A stretch of 64,000 nucleotides of DNA from Octopus sinensis (GCF_006345805.1 NC_043020.1:15562001-15626000), one strand, 5' to 3'; shown: positions 12,998 to 26,657, numbered from the stretch's first letter. A program made the numbers and translations. Notes: generated by a model from the letters alone, not told the origin.

Positions 12998-13369
12998 TTG
13001 TATATGTTTGTCCCCGCAACATCACTTGTCAACTGATGGTGTTGTGTTTACGTCCCCGTAACTTAGCAGTTCGGCAAAAAAAACGATAGAATAAGTACTA
13101 GGCTTACAAAGAATAAGTCCTGGGGGTCTATTTGCTCGACTAAAGGTGGTGCTCCAGCATGGCCGCAGTCAAATGATAAACAAGTTAAAGAGTAAAGAGT
13201 ATAATAAATAGGGAGTCTTTATGAAGTCACATGAGCTGCTAGAAATAGAAATCAAATCCTCATCAAACTGGACTTCACCATCTTACAAAAAAGTTATGTA
13301 GCCATAGATACTCTGAAAAATAGAGGGTCATACCTGGAGTGTCTTTGACCATAAGAATACTCAAGCAGG

Positions 13370-14600
13370 GCTTACCTGGGGTTAACAACAACAACAACAA
13401 CCATAACCTCCAGTATAAACTACTATTAATCATCAATACCAACTATTTTAGTTACCAATACTAAATATTGTAGCCATAGATGCAAGCTATTATAAACAGA
13501 AATACTTACTATAACCGCTTAATACCAACTACTACAGCCATCATTACTAACAGGCACAGCCATCAATACTAACTACCATACAATCAATACAACTACAACT
13601 ACCAATACCAACCTCTATAACAATCAATACTATTATAACTACTAGTATCATTATAACTAATATAAGTACTGCAGTTATCTCTAGTACAATAACCACCAGT
13701 ACTACTAATCATCAATATTAATTATAACCACCGATACTGACTATTATACCACCAATACTAACTATTACTGTAATCAATACAGCTATAACCATCAATACTA
13801 ACTATTATAACTACCAATACTAACTACTATAGCTACCAATACTAAGTATTGTAACTATTAATAGTAACTACTATGCCACCATGCTATTATAACTAGCCAT
13901 ACTAACTACAATAGCCACCAATACTAACTGTCATAATCACCAATATATACTTCGTTTTGGGATTTGGTTTGCAAGATTCTTTATGTGAGTTTGTGTGTTG
14001 AAGTATATTTTGTTGCGTCTGGGGTGAGTCATTCTCTTTTAGTGTCTTATTATTTAATACACTCATGGGTAAAGTTTCCACTCATTTATTTATTTATTTT
14101 TCCTAAAATTTTCATTGTGTCTTGCAACCTTTCCAATAGTCATGGAAATCAAACCGGTGTGTTAAATAATAGGGCACTAAAAGAGAATGACTCTCCCCAG
14201 ACACTAATATATAGTTATCAATGCAAACTACTATAGACAAGACAATTATAACAACCAATACGAATTGCAATAACCATCAATACAAATTATTATAACTATC
14301 TATACCAAGTACTACAGTAATCAATACTAACTACTGTGTACCAATGAAGGAGAAGGGAGGTTCTACCTGGTCATTTGACAAACTAGAAATAGCAACTAAA
14401 TATCTTTCTACCGACTCTTAAAAAACATTGGATTGTAAGTTTGGGTGGAATGTGGGAAGAATTTGGGTGGTCATGGTTGGAATGCCTTCAATCACAAGTT
14501 TTTTCCTATCAGAGCTGACTTAGAAATAAATAACAACTATAGCCAACTGTACTAACTATACTAACTACTAAAGACACCAATGCTGACTATTATAGTTACC
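13370..14600. repeat. Degenerate ~21-22-bp ACT/AAT-rich minisatellite, interrupted at ~13947-14225
   Basis: Recurring ccatcaatactaactattataa-like units. Confidence 0.6.
14017..14202. repeat. Inverted repeat, 46-bp arms (14017-14062 / 14157-14202), 4 mismatches
   Basis: gtctggggtgagtcattctcttttagtgtcttattatttaatacac vs the reverse complement of the right arm. Confidence 0.85.
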
Positions 14601-14689
14601 ACTGTCTAATAGAAAATGTGTTGTCACATGTGAACATTTTTTATTGTAATTATATTTTCCAAAGATCTAGGAACCATTCTATGCTGAGT

Positions 14690-15325
14690 CACTACTTTTC
14701 CTCATTGAGAAGTCACCGTTCTGGTACTATGGGTATGTGATTAGAATTCCTGAGGAAAGAATCACAAGATAGATTCTTGAAGCTGAGTCAACCGACAGGA
14801 GAGCTAGGGGTAGACCAAAAACAAGATGGTTGGATGATATCCATAGTTTCAGTTGGTCAACCTTGGGAAGCCAGCAGGAAAGTGTTATGATGGTTGCTTC
14901 TGATAGGACCTTATGGAAGAGGTGCTTGAGGACTCTACCCTCACAATAAGCAGAAGTGGTGGTAGACTACCAATGAGATGATTAGATATAGTCTTATATG
15001 GCCACATTTGGGAATTCAGCAGGAAAATATTATGATGTTTGCTTCTAAGAAGATCCTATGGAGGAGATGCTTGGGGGCTCTAATTTCATGACCAGCAGGA
15101 GACGTGGGGTAGATTAAGAATGAGATAGCTGGATAATATCTGTTGAGGACTCTACCCTCAACAACCAGCAGGAGATATGGTGGTAGGCCAAGAATGTGAT
15201 GGTTAGATAATCTCCATAATCTCAGTTAGGTCATATATGGGAATTCTGTAAGACAGTATTATGACAGTTGCTTCTGATAGGACCCTTTGCAGGGAGGTAC
15301 CTAAGGACTCTATTCCCATGACCTT
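14690..15325 (+). mobile_element. RTE-like LINE ORF2 C-terminus followed by degenerate ~150-bp tandem copies of its end
   Basis: WYYGYVIRIPEERI..RARGRPKTRWLDDI; repeat units start at ggtag 14809, 14961, 15108 and 15182. Confidence 0.65.
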
Positions 15326-15681
15326 CCTAAGGACAGTGGTGGAGAAGACGGCTGGAAGGATGTTATTGATTCCGTTTATTTTTGCTAAATAACCCAAAGA
15401 AGATTCAATCAAAAGTTTGGCCAGGTGCTTAATATATGAACAACTGCCTAAAAGCAAAATTAAAAATGGAAATTTTACTAAGTATGATCACTGAAAAAAA
15501 ACAAAAAAAACATCTGGAATTTCTAGATTCAGTGAGTTCTGAGATAATGCAGCTGAGACTAAAATGAGCAACCAATCAACCTAGAAAACAAGCTGTATGA
15601 AAACAGTGCCATCTCACTTTTTGCTGGTTGTAAATGGTCCACCTCCTCCTCATCAGCATCATCAGCATCATCATTGTCATT

Positions 15682-15713
<32 letters not shown>

Positions 15714-15984
15714 TATTATTTTAATGTTTACTTTTCAAAGCTTGTAGGGGTCTGACAGAATTTATTGAGGCAGACTTTCTTTAATCGGCTGCCTTTCCTA
15801 TCGCCAACCTTCAACTGTTTCAAGGTAAGGTAATATTTCCCCATGGCCTAACACATTCTTGCATAATACTGGAAATGAATGCCATTGCTTGTATGACAAT
15901 CATTTACAACCATTACGAAATATCAAGACAAGAAGACACAATGCACACACATATATATGTTTCTATCTATCTCTATTTCCCCCC

Positions 15985-15990
15985 TGTCTC

Positions 15991-16081
<91 letters not shown>

Positions 16082-16110
16082 GTATATATATATATGTATA
16101 TAATATATAT

Positions 16111-16159
<49 letters not shown>

Positions 16160-16253
16160 GTATATATAATATATGTATATATATATATATGTGTATATAT
16201 ATATATGTGTATATATATATGTGTATTATATATATGTGTATGTGTATATGTAT

Positions 16254-16288
<35 letters not shown>

Positions 16289-16290
16289 GA
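15985..16290. repeat. Long (TA)n/(TATG)n microsatellite. Similar blocks at ~36330-36760, 49990-50560, 51830-52460, 52700-52890, 53415-53850, 58690-59280; (TAA)n blocks at 6260-6370 and 39720-39950
   Basis: Direct inspection; these give the YI-repeat and poly-I ORFs. Confidence 0.95.
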
Positions 16291-16962
16291 CAGACTTTCA
16301 GTTTCTGTCTACTAAATATACACACAAGGTTTGTGTCACCCTGAGGAGATAAGTAAAATAATGATAAAAAAATACCATAACAATTCGTTTTATTTAGTCT
16401 CATTCTTTACTCTGTCCATTTTCCTAATTTCTGCAGAAAATTCTAAACAGGATTGATAGTCAATCATTGCAGTTGAGAAGATCAGAAATACAACAGCATG
16501 TACTATAACAAGCTCACAGACTGTTCAAGCACACCATTATGCCAGTTTTATGGCTATTTTTACTGTGGCCATTGATTCAAAGAATTTTTTTTTTCTGGTG
16601 AAAAACTGCTGTTTTGTGGAAGCTAAACTCAGAAACTTCAGCCGACCAAGTTTATTCAGCTTTATGTCAAATATTTTAACCACCCAGTAAAAAAAGAAAA
16701 AAACCGACAATGGACAAGTGTTCAATGGAAATTGAAGCAGGGCCATTTTAACAATATCATTGACTCCAGGACAAATCATTGCACCAGGCTCTATTGTATT
16801 TTTTTATTGATAGCAAACCACAACATAGATCAGGATTGGGCTCCTAGACTCATAAGGCTTCTGGGCAGCTGCCAAGTTTGTCCATGCCTTAAGATGAGGC
16901 TGCACTGAGGATAGGAAAAGAGCGTACACATCTGGCATTCAGAAATTACAGAAACAAAATCA

Positions 16963-17127
16963 GGCGCAGGAGTGGCTGTGTGGTAAGTAGCTTGCTTGCC
17001 AACCACATGGTTCCGGGTTCAGTCCCACTGCATGGCATCTTGGGCAAGTGTCTTCTACTATAGCCTCGGGCCGACCAATGCCTTGTGAGTGGATTTGGTA
17101 GACGGAAACTGAAAGAAGCCTGTCGTA

Positions 17128-17172
<45 letters not shown>

Positions 17173-17392
17173 GTGTGTATATGTTTATGTGTCTGTGTTT
17201 GTCCACCTAGCATTGCTTGACAACCAATGCAGGTGTGTTTACGTCCCCGTCACTGAGCGGTTCGGCAAAAGAGACCGACAGAATAAGTACTGGGCTTATG
17301 AAGAATAAGTCCCGGGGACGATTTGCTCGACTAAAGGCAGTGCTCCAGCATGGCCACAGTGAAAAGACTGAAACAGGTTAAAGAGTAAGAGT
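16963..17392 (+). mobile_element. tRNA-derived SINE family A, full length (central TA/TG microsatellite, (AAAGAGT)n tail). Other + copies at ~12700-13200, 20175-20533, 20655-21030, 31172-31579, 42165-42583, 54272-54665, 56778-57192, 61706-62110
   Basis: Head GGCGCAGGAGTGGCTGTGTGGTAAG (A box) and GGTTCAGTCCC (B box); many near-identical copies in the window. Confidence 0.9.
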
Positions 17393-17547
17393 ATAGTTTC
17401 TGATGTACAATGTTAATTCATTTCAATTACGAATTAGATGCAGAATTAGTGTAGCAAACGTCATCGACTGCACATGCACAATGTTTTTGCTGCTATTTAG
17501 TGCTGTGGGGATGACTCCTTCAAAGTGCTAGATGTTAATACACCTGA

Positions 17548-18186
17548 AAGTTTGAATGATGATGATACATTGGAGAAATGAATGACTGAGCAACAATATT
17601 AATTATGAAGATGGCCACTCTTTACTCTTTTACTTGTTTCAGTCATTTGACTGCAGCCATGCTGGAGCACCGCCTTTATTTTTTGTAAGCCCAGTACTTA
17701 TTCTATTGGTCTCTTTTGCCGAACTGCTAAGTGACGGGGACATAAACACACCAGCATCGGTTGTCAAGCAATGCTAGGGGGACAAACACAGACACACAAA
17801 CACACACGCACACACATATATATAACATATATACGACGGGCTTCTTTCAGTTTCCATCTACCAAATCCACTCACAAGGCTTTGGTCTGCCCGAGGCTATA
17901 GTAGAAGACACTTGCCCAAGGTGCCACGCAGTGGGACTGAACCTGGAACCATGTGGTTGGTAAGCAAGTTACTTACCACACAGCCACTCCTGTGCCTATT
18001 TATAATGCACCACTGTTTATAATATCATTACAATATAAGATAAACTACATTGTCATGTTTGTTTGTGTATTACACATGTTATTAGTTTGTTGCAGGAAAA
18101 TACATTCTGGTTATAAGGATTCTTTGCATGGGGGAGCTAGCTTCATTGTCTGCTGCTAGAGAGGGAGAAAGGATGAGACTTGTATT
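17548..18186 (+). repeat. Left arm of a local inverted duplication (partner 20009-20603)
   Basis: A SINE plus unique flanks on both sides match 20009-20603 reverse-complemented, including a private SINE deletion. Confidence 0.92.
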
Positions 18187-19634
18187 GACAACTTGTCCCA
18201 TATCCCATTTAGCTATTTTTGTGGCTTATCAGCATCATGTACCTGAGTTGAACCAGGGGCAGACTGGATCACCAGCCTATGACTAAATACAAAAAGAGTA
18301 AAAACCATTTGCTGGCATACCTCAGTGATGTATATGTAAGAATGAATTCAAATATGAATTAGAAGCAATGTAATAAACATTATTGGCCACACATACTAAA
18401 TGTATGTGTTAGTTTACTTTTTTACTCTTTTACTTGTTTCAGTCATTTGACTGTAGCCATGCTGGAGCACTGCCTTTAAGTTTAGCAAATCGACCCCGTG
18501 ACTTATTCTTTGTAAGCCTAGTACTTATTCTATCGGTCTCTTTCGCTGAACCACTAAGTTATGGGGGACATAAACACACCAGCATCGGTTGTCAAGCAAT
18601 GTTAGGGGGACAAACACAGACACACAAACATATACACACACATATATATATTTTATTTCATTTTTTTTTTATGCGCCCTTTTCAAGCCTAGCCAGGCTTA
18701 TCGGCCTGGTTTCCCGGTTTCTGTGGTGTATGTGTTTCCTCCAGCGGGATGGGATGCCAGTCCATCGCAACGTTACTCAAGAAACAGGAAGAAAGAGTGA
18801 GAGAAAGTTGGGGCAAAAGAGTACAACAGGGGTCGCCACCACCTACTGCAGGAGCCTCGTGGAGCTTTTTGGTGTTTTCGCTCAATAAACACACACAATG
18901 CCCAGTCTGGGAATCGAAACCGCGATCCTCCGACCACGAGTCCACTGCCCTAACCACTGGGCCATTGCACCTCCACACACACACACACACACATATATAT
19001 ATTTATACACATATATACGACGGGCTTCTTTCAGTTTCCGTCTACCCAAATCCACTCGCAAGGATTTGGTCAGCCCGAGGCTATAGTAGAAGACACTTGC
19101 CCAAGGTGCCACGCAGTGAGACTGAACCTTGAATCATGTGGTTGGGAAGCAAACTTCTTACCACACAGCCATTCCTACGCCTACATATTTTGGTTTGTTT
19201 GCTTGCTTTTCATGTAAGCATAGTGTTAGGTGAATATATTACAGAGGTATTATTTCATAGCGAAATACTCTTCCTGTTGCTAAACCTTGGCTGTTTTTTC
19301 CTTCTTTCAACTAAGGAATTTCTTATTGTACATATCTTTTTATACTGCAAAGTTAGAAGATGATTGGTGACAGGGAACATTACACTGCTTTTTGTGATTT
19401 CTGAAGAACCTCAATTGTAATCCACACACACACACACACACATGCATGTTTAGGGACCAGCTACAGCAGTTGAGAGGATTTGAGATTGAATCCACATTTT
19501 TGTTGTCAGATTTATGGTCTTTTGTTTTCTCCTCTCTGCACTTGGAGATTGGTGGGGATGAGTTGACCTCTGAGATCTTATCTGGATATGGAAGGATCAA
19601 TCCTTTATTTTAGGTTACCATACTTTATAAATGT

Positions 19635-19884
19635 GGAGGCACATGGCTTAGTGGTTAGGGTGTCAGCATCATGATTGTAAGATTGTGGTTTTGATTCCTG
19701 GACCGGGTGACGCGTTGTGTTCTTGAGCAAAACACTTCATTTCACGTTGCTCCAGTCCACTCATCTGGCAAAAATGAGTAACGCTGCGATGGACTGGTAT
19801 CCTGTCCAGCTGGGGAACACATACGCCAGTGAAACCGGGGAAACTGGGGCCCGTGAGCCTGGCTAGGCTTTATAAAGGGTGCAT
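19635..19884 (+). mobile_element. tRNA-derived SINE family D. Other copies at ~22003-22320(+), 23580-23895(-), 33926-34277(+), 43770-44081(-), 44592-44903(-); fragments at 12533-12640 and 49020-49200
   Basis: Head ggcacatggcttagtggttagg...gattcc, body gtgttcttgagcaa(a/g)acactt...gttgctccagt(c/t)cactca; tails differ. Confidence 0.85.
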
Positions 19885-20008
19885 TTATTTATAAATACCC
19901 AACGAAGGGTTTAGCTGGTCTCTTTGGTTATTGCCTTTTGATCAATGAACATCCTAGTATGGAATGAAGAAGAGATGGACAGCACACTGCTTATATTCTT
20001 AATTTTAT

Positions 20009-20603
20009 AATACAAGTCTCATCCTTTCTCCCTCTCTAGCAGCAGACAATGAAGCTAAGCTCCCCCATGCAAAGAATCCATACAACCAGAATGTATTTTC
20101 CTGCAACAAACTAATAACATGACAATGTAGTTTATCTTATATTGTAATGATATTATAAACAGTGGTGCATTATAAATAGGCACAGGAGTGACTGTGTGGT
20201 TCCGGGTTCAGTCCCACTGCGTGGCATCTTGGGCAAGTGTCTTCTACTATAGCCTCGGGCCGACCAAAGCCTTGTGAGTGGATTTGGTAGATGGAAACTG
20301 AAAGAAGCCCGTCGTATATATATATATATGTGTGTGTGTGTGCATGTGTATTTGTGTGTCTGTGTTTGTCCCCCTAGCATTGCTTGATAACCGATGCTGG
20401 TGTGTTTATGTCCCCGTCACTTAGCAGTTCAGCAAAAGAGACCAATAGAATAAGTACTGGGCTTACAAAAAATAAAGGTGGTGCTCCAGCATGGCTGCAG
20501 TCAAATGACTGAAACAAGTAAAAGAGTAAAGAGTGGCCATCTTCATAATTAATATTGTTGCTCAGTCATTCATTTCTCCAATGCATCATCATCATTCAAA
20601 CTT
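20009..20603 (-). repeat. Right arm of the local inverted duplication
   Basis: See 17548-18186; carries two extra small deletions. Confidence 0.92.
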
Positions 20604-23600
20604 CGTTACTTTCAATTTATCATCCAAATTATGTTATTACACACACACACATATATGTAGCTGTGTGGTAAGAAGTTTGCTTTCCAACCACACAGTTCTG
20701 GGTTCAGTCCCACTGTGTGGCACCTTGAGCAAGTGTCTTCTACTATAGCTTCAGGCCAACAAAAGACATGTAAGTGGATTTAGTAGATGGAGACTGAAAG
20801 AAGCCCATTGCATGTGTGTGTGTGTGTTTGGCTCCCACCACTGCTTGACAACGGTTGTTGGTTTGTTTACATCCCTACAATGTAACGATTCTGCACATAA
20901 GATCGATAGAATTAGCAGTAGACATAAAAAAAGAAACAAAAAGTATTGGGGTCAGTTTATTCAACTAAAATTCTTCAAGGTGATACACTGGCATGGCTGC
21001 AGTCTAATGACTAATGTGTGTAAAAGATAACAGATAAATACACACACACACACATGCGTGCGCACACACACACACACACATGAGCGCACATGCACACACA
21101 CGCGTGCACACACACACGTGCACACACACACACACATATGCGCACGCACACACACGATATGCTTTACTCTTTTACTTGTTTCAGTCATTTGACTGTGGCC
21201 ATGCTGGAGCACTGCCTTTAGTTGAGCAAATCGACCCCAAGACTTATTCTATTGGTCTTTTTTGCCGAACCGCTAAGTTACGGGGATGTAAACACAACAG
21301 CATCGGTTGTCAAGCGATGTTGGGAGGACAAACACAGACATACAAACATATACATACACACACGTATATATACGATGGGCTTCTTTCAGTTTCCGTCTAT
21401 CAAATCCACTTACAAGGCTTTGGTCGGCCTGAGGCTATAGTAGAAGACACTTGCCCAAGGTGCCACGCAGTGGGACTGAACCAAGAACCTTGTGGTGGTA
21501 AGCAAGCTACTTACCACACAGCCACTCCTACGCTTTGCACAGATTCCATTTACTAAATTCAGTTGCAAGGCAATGGTCAGCCAGGGGCTACAGTAGAAGA
21601 CACTTGTTCAAGGTGCCATGCAGTAGGACTGAACAAAAACCATGAGTTTTAACCACATAGCTATGTTGGTATGTATTAAATATATAAACACAATAACCAG
21701 TCTAAAACACATCTTAATTGATACAAAACTGATATTAATCTATTTTAAAGTGCTCAACAACGTATTTAATAGGAATTAAGGAATTCCAGAGTCATGGCTA
21801 TTGTCTAGGGTATAGAAATGAAACGATTAAGAAAACACAAGATTTAATCATCACACAAATATAATATCAATAATATCTTATTATATTGGGACCATGAGTG
21901 GTTTCAGCAAATTGTCCAATAATCCCTTTAGTTGGTAATTAAAGGCAAAATTGGTCATGTGGCTGTGTTTTATTGCTATGGCTTACTTGTAGTTTATGTC
22001 TAATGCGTGGCTTAGTAGTTAGGGTATATAACTCATGATCGTAAGTCATGAGTTCAATTCCTGGCAACGCATTGTGTCCTTGAGCAAGACACTTTATTTC
22101 ATGTTGCTCCAGTCCATTCAGCTGGTAAAAATGAGTTGTACTTGTAATTCAAAAAGGGCCAACTTTGTCACTTTCTGTGTCACGCTAAGTCTCCCTGAGA
22201 ACTACATTAAGGGTACATGTGTCTGTGGAGTGCTCAGCCATGTTCACATTAATTTAATGAGCAGGCTGTTCTGCTGATTAGATCAACTGGAACATTCATT
22301 GTTGTAACTAACAGAGTACCAATTAATTAATTATTGCTGAGAAAATTACTGTACTGATGAACCAGTTATAAATTAGCATCAAATCTAGACTACTATCAGT
22401 AAGGAAGAATTTAGTAAAATGACCTTGTCATTATAAAGCTGGTATTTGGAGTATAAATCAACAAATTTGTATGGAAGGTTTGAATTTAAATCACTTTAAC
22501 TTTTAGCACACTGAAGCTCATTATGTCATGGCAAGAGTTTTCTCCCCTGTAAAACAGCAGTCACATTAAGAAGGGAGAAAACTCATATGGTGACATGATG
22601 CGCCTACAAGCTAAAAGTTAAAACAGGGAGTTTTTAGTACAGGAGGTTTCAGGTGGGTTAGTATCAAAATGGTTGAGGCTCCTAAAGTGTTCAAATGGTT
22701 TAATAATTAAAAAATATTATTATTTAGGATCATCATCATCATCATCATCATCATTTAATGTCTGCTTTCCATGCTAGCATGAGTTGGACGATTTTGACTG
22801 AGGGCAGGCAAACCAGATGGCTGCACCAGGCTCCAATCTTGATCTGGCAGAGTTTCAACAGCTGGATGCCCTTTCTGACACCAACCACACCGAGAGTGTA
22901 GTGGGTGCTTTTTATGTGCCACCGGCACAGGGCCAGTCAGGTGGTACTGGCAATGACCTTGCTCGAATCTTTTTACACATGCGACCGGCACAGGTGCCAG
23001 TAACGCGACGCTGGTAATGATCACACTTGAATGGTGCCTTTTACCTTTTAGGATAACTATAAAAAACCATGAGTCTGGCATTTTTTTTTTAGTCAGTGCA
23101 GGTGCCACTTAAAAGCACCCAGTCCACACTGTAAAGTGGTTGTTGTTTAAAAAGGCATCCAGCTGTAAAATCATTGCCAAAACTGACTTCGCCTGTGCTT
23201 GTGCCACATAAAAAGCATTGCTCATCTTGCCTGTGCTTGTGCCACAAAAAAAAAAAGAATAAGCACTAAGTCCACCCTGCTGAGTGGTTAGTGTTAGGAA
23301 GGGCATCCAGCAGTGAAAAATCCTGCCAAAGCAGTTACAGAAGTCTAATGCAAACTTCTGCCTGATTGGCTCTTGTCAAACCATCCCACCCATGGAAGAC
23401 GGATGTTAAATGACGATGATGAAGATGATGATGATACAGGAGTGAACAAATATCTGTGAATGCAAATGTGACAAAGAGTTCTCAATGCAAAAAGTAGAGT
23501 GAGTAACAATATTTAATTGAAGCTGAAATTTAGTGTTACAACTCTCTCAGTTCATCTAATAATAATGGGCTAATTGGAACCCTGTCAGTTATGACAAGTT

Positions 23601-24479
23601 GGGTTCCAGTTGATCCAATCAATAGAACACCCTGCTCATGAAATTGATGTGCAAGTAGCTGAGCACTCAGAAACACGTGTAACCTTAAGGTAGTTCTCAG
23701 GGAGATTCAGTATGACACAGGATGTGACAGGGCTGGCCCTTTGAAATACAGGTACAACTAATTTTTGCTAGCTGAGTGGACTGGAGCAACATGAAACAAA
23801 ATACCTTGCTCAAGCATACAACACAACACTGGGAATTGAACTTACAGTCTTACAATCATGAGCTAAATATTCTAACCATTAAGCCATGTGCCTTTATAAT
23901 GTGCTAACAATGAACACATGTGATTAGACATAGGTGTTTTCAGGTAGATGTTAAATAATGATGATGATGGTTTCAAAATAAATTCATAATTTGATTGGTT
24001 GTTGGGACTCAATAGAACTATCACAGATGCTTACATGTGATTACAGTGAAAATGAGAAATATGTGTGTCTGTTTGCATGTGTGAGCATATGTGTATGCAT
24101 CAGTGCGTGAGTAATTGAAAAATGAAGAAAAAAGAAAGAAAAAGAAAAATGAAAGTGAAACTACAGAAATAAAATGGTAAAATGGCTCTTTTATATAATG
24201 TGCTATTTTTAAAGAAAACTTACAGAATGGTATATTTAAAAGTGAGTTAGAAGTAGAAAAGAAGAAAGGAAAGCAAAATAAAGTTTCAGAACAATTATAT
24301 AAGATCTTGATGTAGAAAAGCTATGTAAATGATAATTGTTAAATGATAAATATAAAATTAAATAGAGATATTATTAACATGTAAATATTTGGTGAATGAA
24401 ACATAAGAATTAACTCTAATGGATACTAGCAAATAATTAATAATATATGATTTGGTATGTGTAGGGTTGGGGGTAATTC

Positions 24480-24830
24480 TTTCACAGAAATGATGTTTTG
24501 TGTCTGCAAAATGAAATTAATTCCAAATTTCAATTGGGTAAATTCTCATTATGAATTGAAATAGTCTACTTTTCTGAGAAATTTTAAATTACAAAAAATT
24601 ACTGTTTCAATTTATAGATATTTACACGGTCCCCAATTTTCCATTTGATACCAAAATTGTTCTTGAATTCCCAAATATATATTGACAAAGTGGTGTCTGC
24701 TTCCCTGATAAGAGTTCTGAAGGCATTCATAAGTTGGTCAAACCTCAACTTGAATGAATTTATTCTATGACCACTATGTTCCTTAACACCTTAGTATCTG
24801 CTTTATTTATGGGAGACACTTTTGTGCAAT
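24480..24830 (-). mobile_element. Decayed Penelope-like element GIY-YIG endonuclease C-terminal fragment
   Basis: Open frame 24763-24608 reads INSFKLRFDQLMNAF..TTLSIYIWEFK...IKWKI, then LISFCRHKTSF near 24490-24520. These match PLE motifs FK.R...H, T.LS.YIW.LK, I.W.I and ELISKCRH as recalled from the family; no search was run. Confidence 0.6.
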
Positions 24831-25410
24831 AAACAAGATTATTAGGAATTTACCATTTCAAGAATATGCATCAGGATTTATATACTCTTTTACTTGTTTC
24901 AGTCATTTGACTGCGGCTATGCTGGAGCACTGCCTTTAGTCGAACAAATCGATCCCAGGACTTATTCTTTGTAAGCCTAGTACTTAATTCTATCAGCCTC
25001 TTTTGCCAAACCACTAAGTTACGGGAACATAAACATAACAACTTCAGTTGTCAAGCAATGATGTGGGGTTGGACAAACACACATACAAATATATATATAT
25101 ATCACCGTGATCACCGTGACCGACCAGGCTATCAGATGTTGCTATACATCACTGGTCACAATGCGCTTCGCATTGTTTTAGCCTTCAAATGATGCCACCC
25201 CGCTGGCTAAGCGAGTAGGCCAACAGAAGAAAGATTGAGAGAAAGTTGTGGTAAAAGATTACAACAGGGATCGCCACCCCCCACTGCTGGAGCCTTGTGG
25301 AGCTTTAGGTGTTTGCGCTCAATAAACACTCACAATGCCCGGTCTGGGAATCGAAACCGTGATTCTACAACTGCGAGTCCACTGCCCTAACCACTGGGCC
25401 ATTGTGCCTC

Positions 25411-25445
<35 letters not shown>

Positions 25446-25861
25446 TGGTAATAAAATATATTCAATGAATGAGGAAACAATATACTGAATTTTTTAATAA
25501 GTTCTTTTGGTAGGGAAATGTCTAAAACATTAAAGGTATTTAGACATTTAACAAGAGTGATTATATATTATATTATAAAATAAGAGCAGGAAAATTACAT
25601 CAAAAAATCATCACAGAAGATATATGTACAAAATAATATTGTATTAATAGACAGATGTATAAATATATAAAGTATGATTATTTAAAAGGTTTAAAAATTT
25701 TAAATATCTTACAATAGTTTTGTGAATGTATTACACTTAGAAATGGAATTTACAATTGATAATCATTATTAGGTAATACATTCACTCGTCAGACAGAAAG
25801 AGGGTGAATTTCTGTGTATTCAATTGAATGCTATTTAAAAATATACGAAAAAGATGTTTAA

Positions 25862-26081
25862 CCCTTTCGTTACTGTATTTCTTTTGAGATGCTCTGTGTT
25901 TCTTTCAATTACTTTAAATATGACAAAGAATTTAGTAAAATAACTTAATTATCATTCAGCTGGTGTTAGGAATATAAATTGTGACTAAGGTTTGGTGAAA
26001 GATTTTAATTCAAAACTTATGGAAACAAGACATTTGTACTCAGAGCCAGAGCTGGTTTCAGCCGAGTTGGTAACGAAAGGG
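25862..26081 (+). mobile_element. piggyBac-type MITE, 220 bp
   Basis: TTAA at 25858-25861 and 26082-26085; TIRs CCCTTTCGTTAC / GTAACGAAAGGG. Confidence 0.88.
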
Positions 26082-26558
26082 TTAAAAGTTACTGGCATAG
26101 ATATGCATTGGTATAGTCTTGTGCTAAAACGTTTGTAGAAAAATATACATCCATGGTAAAATCCTCTGCAGTAATCCATAATGATTATGTGTAATATAAA
26201 TCCTATAACTCTGTTCTCTTCAATGTGTAATCCATAAATGCATTTATGGATTACATAAATTGGTGGTGGTGGTGGTGGGGACACACAAACACAGACACAA
26301 AGGCACACACAAAGATATATATATATGATAGGCTTCTTTCAGTTTCTGTCTACCAAATCCACTCACAAGGCTTTGGTTGGCCTAAGGCTATAGTAGAAGA
26401 CACTTGCCCAAGGTGCTATGCAGTGGGACTGAACCAGATCAGCCTACATCACTTCCTCCCCCCGTCTTCCCTGGTCTTTGCCCTTTCTGAGGGTTTCATT
26501 AACTTGGAGTGCTCAGCACTTCTGTATACATTAGTCATCCTTCTTGATTATCACATGC

Positions 26559-26657
<99 letters not shown>

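Noticed and set aside
16437-16507. Plus-strand acceptor followed by KILNRIDSQSLQLRRSEIQQHVL
   Set aside because: No recognisable family, weak donor and no partner exons found.
19340-19600. Protein-like minus ORF (DKISEVNSSPP...)
   Set aside because: Lies between two contiguous CPOX exons, has no good donor and no recognisable domain.
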